From a virus, in the IMG/VR virus record IMGVR_UViG_3300009388_000001, positions 1 to 64,000 of that record: 64,000 bases of DNA, one strand, 5' to 3'. The position numbers and the translations under genes are program-made. The notes beneath the pieces were generated by a model. It did no database searches. It saw nothing but the letters and a program-made list of their open reading frames with translations, and had not been told where the DNA came from. Positions 45,719-53,215 of the stretch are shown in pieces; position 1 is the first letter of the stretch; the number at the start of each line of letters is the position of its first letter.

Positions 45719-46639
45719 TTAACCGAAAATTTTATCAATAATACTGATCAAATAAGGCGTGGTAACCTTGAATTCCGGATTTTCCTCCTGCTTCTTTTTG
45801 CAATAATCGATAACCTGAAAGAAATATGCGGCATCCACACCAGTTAATTGTTCCTCGAGCACCGCGACATTGGTAAGATCGAGTTCGGCAACTTGAAAAA
45901 GCATTTTGAGGATCTGGCCGGCATTGATATACCATCCTTGTTTTAAAAACTTGCGTGTGCGGATGACCGAGCAAACCGGATACAAGGAACCCTGATAGGA
46001 AAGCTGCTTTGCCAGAATACTTTCAAGTGCTGCGGGATGCAGGACCAGTTTTTTTGTATCCGAAGTCCAGTAATTACAGCAATGAATGAAATCATAGTTC
46101 TTATGGATTTCATCCGGGTCACCGTAAAACCGGATAACAAGCTGAATTTTGCCGGAAAGAGTTATGGCATTGGAAGACATGAAAATCGGACGGAAAGGCG
46201 GTTTTGCATTGTCCATTTCTTCTGCCGATTGTTCATCGAGTACGCCGGCAACATTAGCGAACCATTCCTGGCCGATTTCATCAGGTAAATTCTCAAAATA
46301 CCGATAATTGTCATCACCTTTTTCCGAGCAGACACCAGCTGATTTAATGTGAATTTTTACCCTGTTATTATCGTGCCATAAAACTGGCTGTATTTTGTTT
46401 TTCGGATTCAGTTTTTTGAATTGATTAATGTAATATTTGGCAACTGCCTTGACTGTTTCGATATCCCTGAAATAATAATCATAATCATTGACTTTTTCTT
46501 TCAGCAGCAGGGAAACAATGGATCCTCCGGTAAGAATACTGTTCTTATTAACCAGATCACGAACTTTAGGATCTTCGATCGACGCAACAAACTTGTTATG
46601 TTTTTCAATGAGAATCTTTTCAATTAGTCTTCGGTTCAT
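45719..46639 (-). CDS. Pol-beta-superfamily nucleotidyltransferase-like protein
   Basis: Motif LTGGSIVSLLLKEKVNDYDYYF fits hGGx9-13DhDh, as in the head of CCA-adding and poly(A) polymerase enzymes. ATG at 46639 after GGAGGAGC. Confidence 0.4.
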   Translation of the reverse strand: MNRRLIEKILIEKHNKFVASIEDPKVRDLVNKNSILTGGSIVSLLLKEKVNDYDYYFRDIETVKAVAKYYINQFKKLNPKNKIQPVLWHDNNRVKIHIKSAGVCSEKGDDNYRYFENLPDEIGQEWFANVAGVLDEQSAEEMDNAKPPFRPIFMSSNAITLSGKIQLVIRFYGDPDEIHKNYDFIHCCNYWTSDTKKLVLHPAALESILAKQLSYQGSLYPVCSVIRTRKFLKQGWYINAGQILKMLFQVAELDLTNVAVLEEQLTGVDAAYFFQVIDYCKKKQEENPEFKVTTPYLISIIDKIFG

Positions 46640-46835
46640 TAACAAGCTCCTCCTTCTTTATTTCATGCGGATCAAAACATAAATATCCCTGACCCTTTTG
46701 GATCCTTTCAACGATTTTATCTTCCACTTTATCAACCAGAACTTTCCAAAGAAAAGTCTTGGTACCGACTGTTCCCTCGCTATCAACGATTTTTCCGGAA
46801 CCGTAAGGTGTTATTACACGATCACCAATTTTCAT
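46620..46835 (-). CDS. hypothetical small protein (SH3/KOW-like start MKIGDRV)
   Basis: 71 aa with GGAGGGCAAT upstream. Confidence 0.45.
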   Translation of the reverse strand: MKIGDRVITPYGSGKIVDSEGTVGTKTFLWKVLVDKVEDKIVERIQKGQGYLCFDPHEIKKEELVNEPKTN

Positions 46836-46942
46836 ATTGCCCTCCTATATTTTAATGGCTGCGTAGATCAGGAAGTAGAAGCCTGCTTCGGGCCTGACAA
46901 CCCACCTTCTCCGGTTTAACTCTCCGGCACAGCCGTTATTTT

Positions 46943-47146
46943 TTATTGTGCATGCTTCACTTTGTCTTCTGCCTCCGACTTAAGACTTTTGATTAATTCA
47001 TGAAGTATCGGTAACTTACGTTTGAGAATTGTCTGTTTTTCGACAATTTTTTTCATTTCATATTTATTGTGCCGGATTTCTTGCCGGATATTATTTTGTT
47101 CTTTTATCAGATGATTCTTAATTGCAAGCTTTGCTGCTTTTTTCAT
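46943..47146 (-). CDS. hypothetical coiled-coil protein
   Basis: 67 aa with GAAGGAG upstream. Confidence 0.45.
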   Translation of the reverse strand: MKKAAKLAIKNHLIKEQNNIRQEIRHNKYEMKKIVEKQTILKRKLPILHELIKSLKSEAEDKVKHAQ

Positions 47147-47147
47147 A

Positions 47148-47297
47148 CTAAACTCCTTCTTTCTCTGGTATCTTAAAATGTTGAATGACCATGTTTACCT
47201 GAATGTTAAGCGTTCGCTTCTTTGTTACAAGGTGCATAAAAATACACTTGCGCTTTTTTAACATTCCGATTGTCAGTTTATGATTGAAGAAATTCAT
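47148..47297 (-). CDS. hypothetical small basic protein (below the ORF-track size cut-off)
   Basis: I read a 49-aa ORF, MNFFNHKLTIGMLKKRK..., from the ATG at 47297 preceded by GAGGCAGCC. Its stop lies 1 nt before the next gene's ATG. Confidence 0.3.
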   Translation of the reverse strand: MNFFNHKLTIGMLKKRKCIFMHLVTKKRTLNIQVNMVIQHFKIPEKEGV

Positions 47298-47437
47298 GGC
47301 TGCCTCAATTAAACATTAAAAAGCTACCTGCGCCGACCTGAAATATCCGGCAATTGTGTATGCCCATTCTGATTAACTTGAACATAATCTCCCACATCAG
47401 GGGCTCATGTTCTCTTGGAAAGTAATATGTCATTCAG

Positions 47438-47632
47438 TCACTCCTGCTTGTTTAGCAATTTAATGATTTTATCCCGTAATATTCTGTCACCAAAAATTTC
47501 AATTTTATTGGTGTGAATGACTGTTATTCCTTTTCCTAATGCTGACACTGATTCAGTATCAGTGATACCATAGGTTTTTAAATCATTACCCTTGTCTTTG
47601 TAATCATTACCTTTAACAAATCGTTCTGTCAT
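47438..47632 (-). CDS. hypothetical protein
   Basis: 64 aa with GAGGCAGCC upstream. Confidence 0.45.
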   Translation of the reverse strand: MTERFVKGNDYKDKGNDLKTYGITDTESVSALGKGITVIHTNKIEIFGDRILRDKIIKLLNKQE

Positions 47633-48150
47633 GGCTGCCTCGCATCAATTAATATAGTGCCTGAATCTTTCATTGAAATTACTTTGCCGGTTACAATCCG
47701 GCCGATATTCTTGCCTTTAACAATGATGCGGCCGTTTCTATAAAGCGACAAACCATCTCTATCGATTTCTTCTTCCTGCGGGGTAAATGTAAACGTAACA
47801 ATCTCACCGATGAAACATTCGGGACATTCGGCAAATAATTTAGCTTTTGTTGCATCGATCCACTCCCTTTCGGCAGCAACGTATCCGTTATAAGCAACCC
47901 AACCAAACGGATTAAGCCAACCGCCTATGTTATTTATAGTACGTAGTGTGGAGCGAAGTTTTTCCTGAATAGCTATTTCTTTCTTTATCAATCGATACTC
48001 TCTAGCTTCAAATGCTCCCCACGAACCGAACATTACTGTTTGAAAAGCTTCCTCTAAAATAAAACAATTAAAACCGATCAAGCCGACCAAACCTAAATAT
48101 AGAGCAAACCATTTTGGAAATTCTTTTAAAAATGTTTTCAGTTTTTTCAT
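47629..48150 (-). CDS. membrane protein (one TM)
   Basis: The ATG at 48150 (MKKLKTF...) avoids overlap with the tRNA-like gene. TM segment FALYLGLVGLIGFNCFIL. Confidence 0.5.
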   Translation of the reverse strand: MKKLKTFLKEFPKWFALYLGLVGLIGFNCFILEEAFQTVMFGSWGAFEAREYRLIKKEIAIQEKLRSTLRTINNIGGWLNPFGWVAYNGYVAAEREWIDATKAKLFAECPECFIGEIVTFTFTPQEEEIDRDGLSLYRNGRIIVKGKNIGRIVTGKVISMKDSGTILIDARQP

Positions 48151-48167
48151 TTTACTCTCCGGTATTC

Positions 48168-48286
48168 TGGTGGACATGGCCGGATTCGAACCGGCTTCTT
48201 CCGCATTCTCGTCAGATAGTCGGCTTGTACTTCGCCGTAGTTTCCGCTTACTGTAAGCGAATGCACTGCCATTATGCTACACGTCC
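48168..48286 (-). tRNA. tRNA-like gene of aberrant length (119 nt, encoded CCA)
   Basis: On the minus strand the acceptor stem is GGACGTG/CATGTCC, followed by U8-A9. The D arm is GCAT-AATGGCA-GTGC and the T arm is GCCGG-TTCGAAT-CCGGC, ending ACCA. There are 52 nt between the anticodon-stem halves TTCGC/GCGGA. Confidence 0.5.
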
Positions 48287-48290
48287 GTCA

Positions 48291-48378
48291 GCCACCGGAT
48301 TTTCTTGGTGAATATCCCCACAAGGGTTCTGTGATCTTATCTCGTCCCTTGCTTCGTGTTTCCCTCACATCCGGTGGC
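48291..48378 (-). ncRNA. long nested stem-loop between the GHKL gene and the tRNA-like gene
   Basis: A perfect 10-bp closing stem GCCACCGGAT/ATCCGGTGGC encloses inner helices GTGA/TCAC and CAAGGG/CCCTTG. Confidence 0.35.
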
Positions 48379-48383
48379 GGTTT

Positions 48384-49544
48384 TTAGTCAACATTTCTTA
48401 TTTTCCATTGCCTTGCCAACGGCAGCAATTCCTCCAGAATTCCGTCCCTGTTTTTTTTATTGTCCTTGCCCGACAGAAATCTTGTGATAATGCGCTTAAC
48501 GATTAAATACGGCGTGTCCTGCGTCGGTACTTTTGCCTTTGAGGAAGCGATATACGCGGAACTGCCGGTAACATATTCATAGACAATTTTTTCCAGAACA
48601 ACCGGTTCAAGATTATTGTATTTCTGCTTGACGAAATTGGCTTCTTCTTCGGATTGTACCGGAATGACATGCTTGCCGTACTTAGCGACAAAATCATTAT
48701 AATGAAGTGAGCAAAGAGCTTTATAAAGAAGATTGTCCTTATTATAAGCATGCTGCTCGTAATAAGAGACATCTTCGTATTTATCTTTTTGAAGTGAATA
48801 AATGAGATTGGCATAGGTAGAATCAAGATCATTGAACATTTGACCGGTTATCCATTTCAAATTGAACGCACCAACTTTCTGGCGATCACGGTCAAGTGTT
48901 ATGTATCTGGATTTTAAATTGTAGCCATAACGGAATTTTTCTTCAGGTTGAAATTCACAAACAAACAATCCTTCGACAAACAATTTTGATTTGTACTGGT
49001 CATCAAGAAGGATATCGCCGTAATGAGTAGTTAATTTTGATTCAATCTGATTAAGATAGAGACAGTTATTCTTAAAAGTTTTGTAATTTTCCGGAGTGAT
49101 GCCATCCAATTCAAATAATAAATTATCCGAAGGCTTTGAAGGGATAATTGAGATTGTCAGGAGCTCTGTTTCATACAAAGGAGAAAACTCAATCGCCGGC
49201 GCCCATATTTCGTTAGATGTGCGGATCCGGACTCTTGTTCCCATGCGCAAGAAAACAAGCAAAGCTAGCTTATAGCCTTCACCATACTTGCCTATGGCAT
49301 CCCGATTTTCAGCTTTGGTTGTTTCGCCCAGAAGAAGTGTTTTCTTTTCAAGGGAAGAGAGCTTATTGCCGATCGTAATGCGCTGTTTTTGCGGATTATA
49401 CGTAAAAATGATTTCAGCTTTATCATATTCATGATTGCGATCGATGACATTCTGCATTAATTCACGGAATGCCGCCCATTTTGTCCAGTGTGGAATGTAC
49501 TTGGGGCTTAGAGTAAGATAAAATTTTTCATTGCTGTTTTTCAT
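48384..49544 (-). CDS. GHKL (Bergerat-fold) ATPase-like protein
   Basis: N-box-like FRELMQNVIDR and a Gly-rich IGKYGEGYKLAL. 386 aa. Confidence 0.5.
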   Translation of the reverse strand: MKNSNEKFYLTLSPKYIPHWTKWAAFRELMQNVIDRNHEYDKAEIIFTYNPQKQRITIGNKLSSLEKKTLLLGETTKAENRDAIGKYGEGYKLALLVFLRMGTRVRIRTSNEIWAPAIEFSPLYETELLTISIIPSKPSDNLLFELDGITPENYKTFKNNCLYLNQIESKLTTHYGDILLDDQYKSKLFVEGLFVCEFQPEEKFRYGYNLKSRYITLDRDRQKVGAFNLKWITGQMFNDLDSTYANLIYSLQKDKYEDVSYYEQHAYNKDNLLYKALCSLHYNDFVAKYGKHVIPVQSEEEANFVKQKYNNLEPVVLEKIVYEYVTGSSAYIASSKAKVPTQDTPYLIVKRIITRFLSGKDNKKNRDGILEELLPLARQWKIRNVD

Positions 49545-49778
49545 TGTAAAATCCTTTCTGCCTAAAAGATTTTTATGTTGTGTGAGGGGGCCGCCGACTT
49601 GCTTTTTCTCCTTTGCTTACGACTGTTTCCTGTTTCCTACCCCCTCTGAATAAAAGAACACAAAGAAACAGAGTAAAATGAATACTACTATTTCATCAGT
49701 GGATAATGCCTCTATCACCCACCTTCCACTCCTTAAACAGCGGCTGAATCTTTTTTAATAGTTCAAGTTTTTCTGGTG

Positions 49779-50153
49779 TCATTTCCCCTCCAAAAACTCA
49801 ATCGCCTTCTGTAAAAGAGCAGGGGTGTTGAGGATGTATTTATAAATAAACCAAAGTATTAACGAAGTTGCATCATAGCCACTTAATCTACTATCTATTA
49901 TTAATTTTTGAACAAATTCTTTAACCCTTTCCTCCCCGCACTTCTCTTTCATCCGGTTGAGGATGTCTGCGGGATTGGAGTAGGTGGGGTTGTCTCTTAG
50001 TTTAAATTCTTTGCCACATTTAATACACTTATAAGATGTGCATTGATAACGACCGCCATATCTGTCATCTGTGATTATACGACAGTATGGAGACAGTTCT
50101 GGTTCATGCCAGCACCCACCGGTCAGTTCTGTAAATTTCTGTGCGTCAGTCAT
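49779..50153 (-). CDS. hypothetical Cys-containing protein (paralogue of 50382-50738)
   Basis: It shares MTDAQKFTELTGG at the N-terminus and ALLQKAIEFLEGK at the C-terminus with the paralogue. Confidence 0.5.
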   Translation of the reverse strand: MTDAQKFTELTGGCWHEPELSPYCRIITDDRYGGRYQCTSYKCIKCGKEFKLRDNPTYSNPADILNRMKEKCGEERVKEFVQKLIIDSRLSGYDATSLILWFIYKYILNTPALLQKAIEFLEGK

Positions 50154-50385
50154 GGCTTGCCTCCTCTGGCTCTAACTCAACTACGACAGGAGCGTTCACC
50201 AATTCAAATATTAACTCTTTATCTTTTGTATAACCACTATACAGGGAAAAAATTGAGTCTGGAAATTCTGAAGAATGGTCAACTATTTTGTCAAGGAGTA
50301 ATCCGTTATAGGAAGTCCCAACACAAAAGATTTGTGGAAACCCCACTGACTTAACTACCTCTATCTGTTTTATTTTAGTTTTCAT
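50146..50385 (-). CDS. hypothetical protein
   Basis: 79 aa. Its ends overlap both neighbours. Confidence 0.45.
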   Translation of the reverse strand: MKTKIKQIEVVKSVGFPQIFCVGTSYNGLLLDKIVDHSSEFPDSIFSLYSGYTKDKELIFELVNAPVVVELEPEEASHD

Positions 50386-50738
50386 TCCCCTTTCCCCTCC
50401 AAAAACTCAATCGCCTTCTGTAAAAGGGCAGAAGGGTTGAGGATGTATTTTTCTTCAATAGAATATATGGGTGGCTCATCAAACAATGGAGTAATAGAGC
50501 CAACGGTACAGATAAAATTTTCATATTTATCTACTCCGCAAAACTCTTTCATCCGGTTAAGGATGTCTGCTGCGGTCGAGTAGGTGGGGTTTGCGTAAAA
50601 TACAGTTCCGCACCTGTCGCATACGCCATCTATAATATTTTCCCACTTCCCGCCTGTTAGTTCTGTAAATTTCTGTGCGTCAGTCATACGATCTTTCTCA
50701 TCACATGCTTCGCACTCATGGTCAAATGTATCACTCAT
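50382..50738 (-). CDS. hypothetical Cys-containing protein (paralogue of 49779-50153)
   Basis: 118 aa with GGAGGCAAGCC upstream, the same sequence that precedes the paralogue. Confidence 0.5.
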   Translation of the reverse strand: MSDTFDHECEACDEKDRMTDAQKFTELTGGKWENIIDGVCDRCGTVFYANPTYSTAADILNRMKEFCGVDKYENFICTVGSITPLFDEPPIYSIEEKYILNPSALLQKAIEFLEGKGE

Positions 50739-50944
50739 GGCTTGCCTCCATATCTTTTATCCAATTTTTTGAGTCTTTTCCATTCTCCCTTGGTTATAAG
50801 CACGACTTTAACAACTTTATGATAATCAGCACTTACTTCTTTTTCCATCTCTGACTTGTAATGCGAAAAACAATAGCTCAAATACGGCAGGCAACCACCG
50901 ACCCTTAATCCATATCCATGAGCAGCTTCTGCTGGTTTTCTCAT
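50735..50944 (-). CDS. hypothetical protein
   Basis: The ATG at 50944 after GGAGGAAAGG is preferred over the ATG at 50968. Confidence 0.4.
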   Translation of the reverse strand: MRKPAEAAHGYGLRVGGCLPYLSYCFSHYKSEMEKEVSADYHKVVKVVLITKGEWKRLKKLDKRYGGKP

Positions 50945-51058
50945 TTCCTTTCCTCCTTTAATCGGCATGGGGCAGGATTAGTGCTGACATCTTGCGAGTT
51001 TGTCATTATGTGTATTCTCAGGTACACTACTCCTAACCCCGCCACCCATGCCTTTTTA

Positions 51059-51265
51059 CTATTGGTGTTTTGCTAATGTCCGTTCTACTTGTTGCATTGC
51101 CCAATCAAGTTTTTCTGCTGGCATATTGTCCACAACATCATCTACAGGCAATTCTAAATTTTTATGAGAGTACATTCTTTTAAATAATAACTGTTCTTCT
51201 GCTGTGCATTGAGCTAATCCTATTTTTAATTCATTTCTTGCAAAATCTTGTAATTTATTATTCAT
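51059..51265 (-). CDS. hypothetical protein
   Basis: 68 aa with GAGAGG upstream. Confidence 0.45.
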   Translation of the reverse strand: MNNKLQDFARNELKIGLAQCTAEEQLLFKRMYSHKNLELPVDDVVDNMPAEKLDWAMQQVERTLAKHQ

Positions 51266-51388
51266 GCCTTATTTCCTCTCATCCTGTGTCAGGGGTCTTA
51301 ATGTAATAAGTCCACTTCCTTCTTAACTACTTGTTTTATAGCTATTATTCATTCGTTCCAGCAAAAAACCAAGTTGGTATATTGTGTG

Positions 51389-51625
51389 TTAGCGAATACA
51401 TCTTTCGAGAGTCCATCGACCATCAGGACGTTCCCACATCTCAAACCCTGGGTACTCATCGCTATTCACTTCAGAGACAACCTTTAGAATATCTTCTCGC
51501 CGGACAGCATCAAAAGCGGAATCAAGATACGCTTTGGCAGAATCTCGAATATCGTCATTATCAAGAATAACAGCCTTTCCCTTAGGCAATCTTGCAAGCC
51601 ATTCACCAACTTTACCGACAACCAT
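51389..51625 (-). CDS. hypothetical protein
   Basis: ATG at 51625 after GGAGGGCAGT. Confidence 0.45.
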   Translation of the reverse strand: MVVGKVGEWLARLPKGKAVILDNDDIRDSAKAYLDSAFDAVRREDILKVVSEVNSDEYPGFEMWERPDGRWTLERCIR

Positions 51626-51706
51626 ACTGCCCTCCAATAATTAAAGTTTCGCTAACAAGTCGCTGCACCCGATCGTTCGCTCCGCTCACTCCTGGTGAGC
51701 TTGGCG

Positions 51707-51982
51707 TTATCTGTTAACCAACTTAAGCCAGTCTTGGAATCCTTTTTCTCCTAATGCGACACACAAAGCATTTAAAAGAATATCAGACAATTCATCCCAT
51801 CCAATATCGGCAGCACTTAAGTGATGTTTACGGTAACTTTCTTTCACAGCTTCCAAAATGATATTTTCACGGGTAATGTAATCAGTATAAAGAACATAAT
51901 CACCTTCTTTATCAGTCCACATTCTCAATTCATTACCACCCGTAAGGCTTGGTTTAATTTTAGGTGTCCATCGTTCAATCAT
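51707..51982 (-). CDS. hypothetical protein
   Basis: ATG at 51982 after AGGAGAG. Stem-loop repeat SL1 lies just upstream. Confidence 0.45.
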   Translation of the reverse strand: MIERWTPKIKPSLTGGNELRMWTDKEGDYVLYTDYITRENIILEAVKESYRKHHLSAADIGWDELSDILLNALCVALGEKGFQDWLKLVNR

Positions 51983-52008
51983 TTTTACTCTCCTTTTAAA
52001 ACCCAGAT

Positions 52009-52056
52009 AACCAGTCAATCCAGCCGATCGCTACGCTCCGGCTGATTTTCGTTATT
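52009..52056. repeat. intergenic stem-loop repeat, copy 1
   Basis: AACCAGTCAATCCAGCCGATCGCTACGCTCCGGCTGATTTTCGTTATT, with stem CAGCCG/CGGCTG. Confidence 0.8.
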
Positions 52057-52071
52057 GGGCAGAAATAATAA

Positions 52072-52230
52072 TTACCTTAAATCTCGTTCACATGTCCGCA
52101 AGATTTTGTTAATTTCTTCCAAAACAATTAATATCTCTTTATTAATAATTTGTTGGGTGTCGGGGCTTCCATCGTTGGCTAAGATAGCATCCCTTGTTCT
52201 GTCGATTAGTTTGTCTATTCTGTTTTTCAT
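52072..52230 (-). CDS. hypothetical small protein (below the ORF-track size cut-off)
   Basis: I read a 52-aa ORF, MKNRIDKLIDRTRDAIL..., co-directional with its neighbours and lying between two stem-loop repeats. Confidence 0.35.
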   Translation of the reverse strand: MKNRIDKLIDRTRDAILANDGSPDTQQIINKEILIVLEEINKILRTCERDLR

Positions 52231-52276
52231 GTTATTGCCTTTCTCGCAGCGTGTTTTATAGAAAGCCCAACAAGGG

Positions 52277-52309
52277 CAATCCAGCCGATCGCTACGCTCC
52301 GGCTGATTT
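52277..52309. repeat. intergenic stem-loop repeat, copy 2 (shorter)
   Basis: CAATCCAGCCGATCGCTACGCTCCGGCTGATTT. It overlaps the stop of the 52292-52483 gene. Confidence 0.8.
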
Positions 52310-52483
52310 ATTAAAATATGTGTTTACATCAACGCCGCATTGTATTGCCCAATCGCGCATATTTTCGTAGGCATCCTTCCATTTTTCAATTTCATCTGCC
52401 GCCGCAAGCCTAACCTCACGCATTTCTTCTGGACTTTTTCCGTATGGGTTCCTTAAAAAACTTATAATTTGGTTAGTTTTCAC
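52292..52483 (-). CDS. hypothetical protein
   Basis: 63 aa with a GTG start after GGAGAGG. Confidence 0.4.
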   Translation of the reverse strand: MKTNQIISFLRNPYGKSPEEMREVRLAAADEIEKWKDAYENMRDWAIQCGVDVNTYFNKSAGA

Positions 52484-52584
52484 TTTCCTCTCCTATAACC
52501 TGCTAATTGATATACGCTTTCACATTCTACCCGCAAAAAGCCCGGAGGTTGGCGTAACAGCAGAGGGTCCGGGTATATTATATG

Positions 52585-52782
52585 TTATGGTAACGCAATC
52601 TCGAACACAGGGATATTACCGTCCTTAATTGCTTTACCCAATTCAGCGGCATCTTCGTCATCAAGAAGAATTACCCCGTTAAATGTTGTGCCTGAATGAA
52701 ACTGCCCTAAAGTTAAATCCGTTCCGTAAATACTGAGTCCTTTTTTGTCACGCCAATCATTGAAAACTAATTTAATCTGCAT
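52585..52782 (-). CDS. hypothetical protein
   Basis: 65 aa with GGAGG upstream. Stem-loop repeat SL3 lies 17 nt upstream. Confidence 0.45.
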   Translation of the reverse strand: MQIKLVFNDWRDKKGLSIYGTDLTLGQFHSGTTFNGVILLDDEDAAELGKAIKDGNIPVFEIALP

Positions 52783-52798
52783 AAAATAAAACCTCCAT

Positions 52799-52846
52799 AA
52801 CCAGCCAATCCAGCCGATCGCTACGCTCCGGCTGATTTTCGTTATT
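52799..52846. repeat. intergenic stem-loop repeat, copy 3
   Basis: Identical to copy 1 except for one base (CCAGCCAATC versus CCAGTCAATC). Confidence 0.8.
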
Positions 52847-53050
52847 AGTACCCCCCCAATTTATACTTACCAATATACTTACTCGCAGAGTCCATTGAGG
52901 ACTCGTAGCTTTTGTCTTTAATCTTTGGATGTAACTTATAAGGCCTTAATTTTAGGTGAAAATCCGGTATCTGCTTTGCTACTATCCGGCCAAGTTCAAT
53001 CTTCAATGTGCTGGACGCTTCTGCTTACCGGTACTCCTGATGTATAGTTT

Positions 53051-53215
53051 TTAATCATATTTTTCCTTTGATAATTTTTCCCATAATTTTTTAAATTGGC
53101 TGTGATTATTTTTTGTATATTCTTCGTAGTCGGCAATCATCCACATGACGCCCCCCATGAAAAACATTAATAAAAGAAATAAGAAATCTAATAGCGTAAG
53201 TGACGGTTCATTCAT
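53051..53215 (-). CDS. small membrane protein (below the ORF-track size cut-off)
   Basis: I read a 54-aa ORF, MNEPSLTLLDFLFLLLMFFMGGVMWMIADY.... Its ATG overlaps the stop of the upstream gene (AATGAATGA). Confidence 0.35.
   Translation of the reverse strand: MNEPSLTLLDFLFLLLMFFMGGVMWMIADYEEYTKNNHSQFKKLWEKLSKEKYD

Noticed and set aside
48168-48286. Interpretation of the tRNA-like sequence as an attP core (a copy of the 3' half of a host tRNA).
   Set aside because: The element contains a complete 5' half (acceptor, U8 and D arm) as well as the 3' half. No integrase was recognised anywhere in the window.
52021-52046. The GCCGATCGC core of the stem-loop repeats as a cyanobacterial HIP1 (GCGATCGC) signature indicating the host.
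   Set aside because: The sequence is CCGATCGC, not GCGATCGC. It occurs only within the repeat copies, so it gives no host inference.
52055-52261. 68-aa plus-strand ORF in the small-gene block.
   Set aside because: It runs opposite to every neighbouring gene and covers a stem-loop repeat. A co-directional 52-aa minus-strand ORF with an SD explains the same DNA better.
52850-53050. About 55 stop-free codons on the minus strand (…IELGRIVAKQIPDFHLKLRPYKLHPK…KLGGY) in the gap upstream of stem-loop repeat copy 3.
   Set aside because: There is no ATG or GTG with an SD at its 5' end. It would need a frameshift from a 20-codon ORF. It may be a decayed gene, but the evidence is not enough to call a CDS or a pseudogene.
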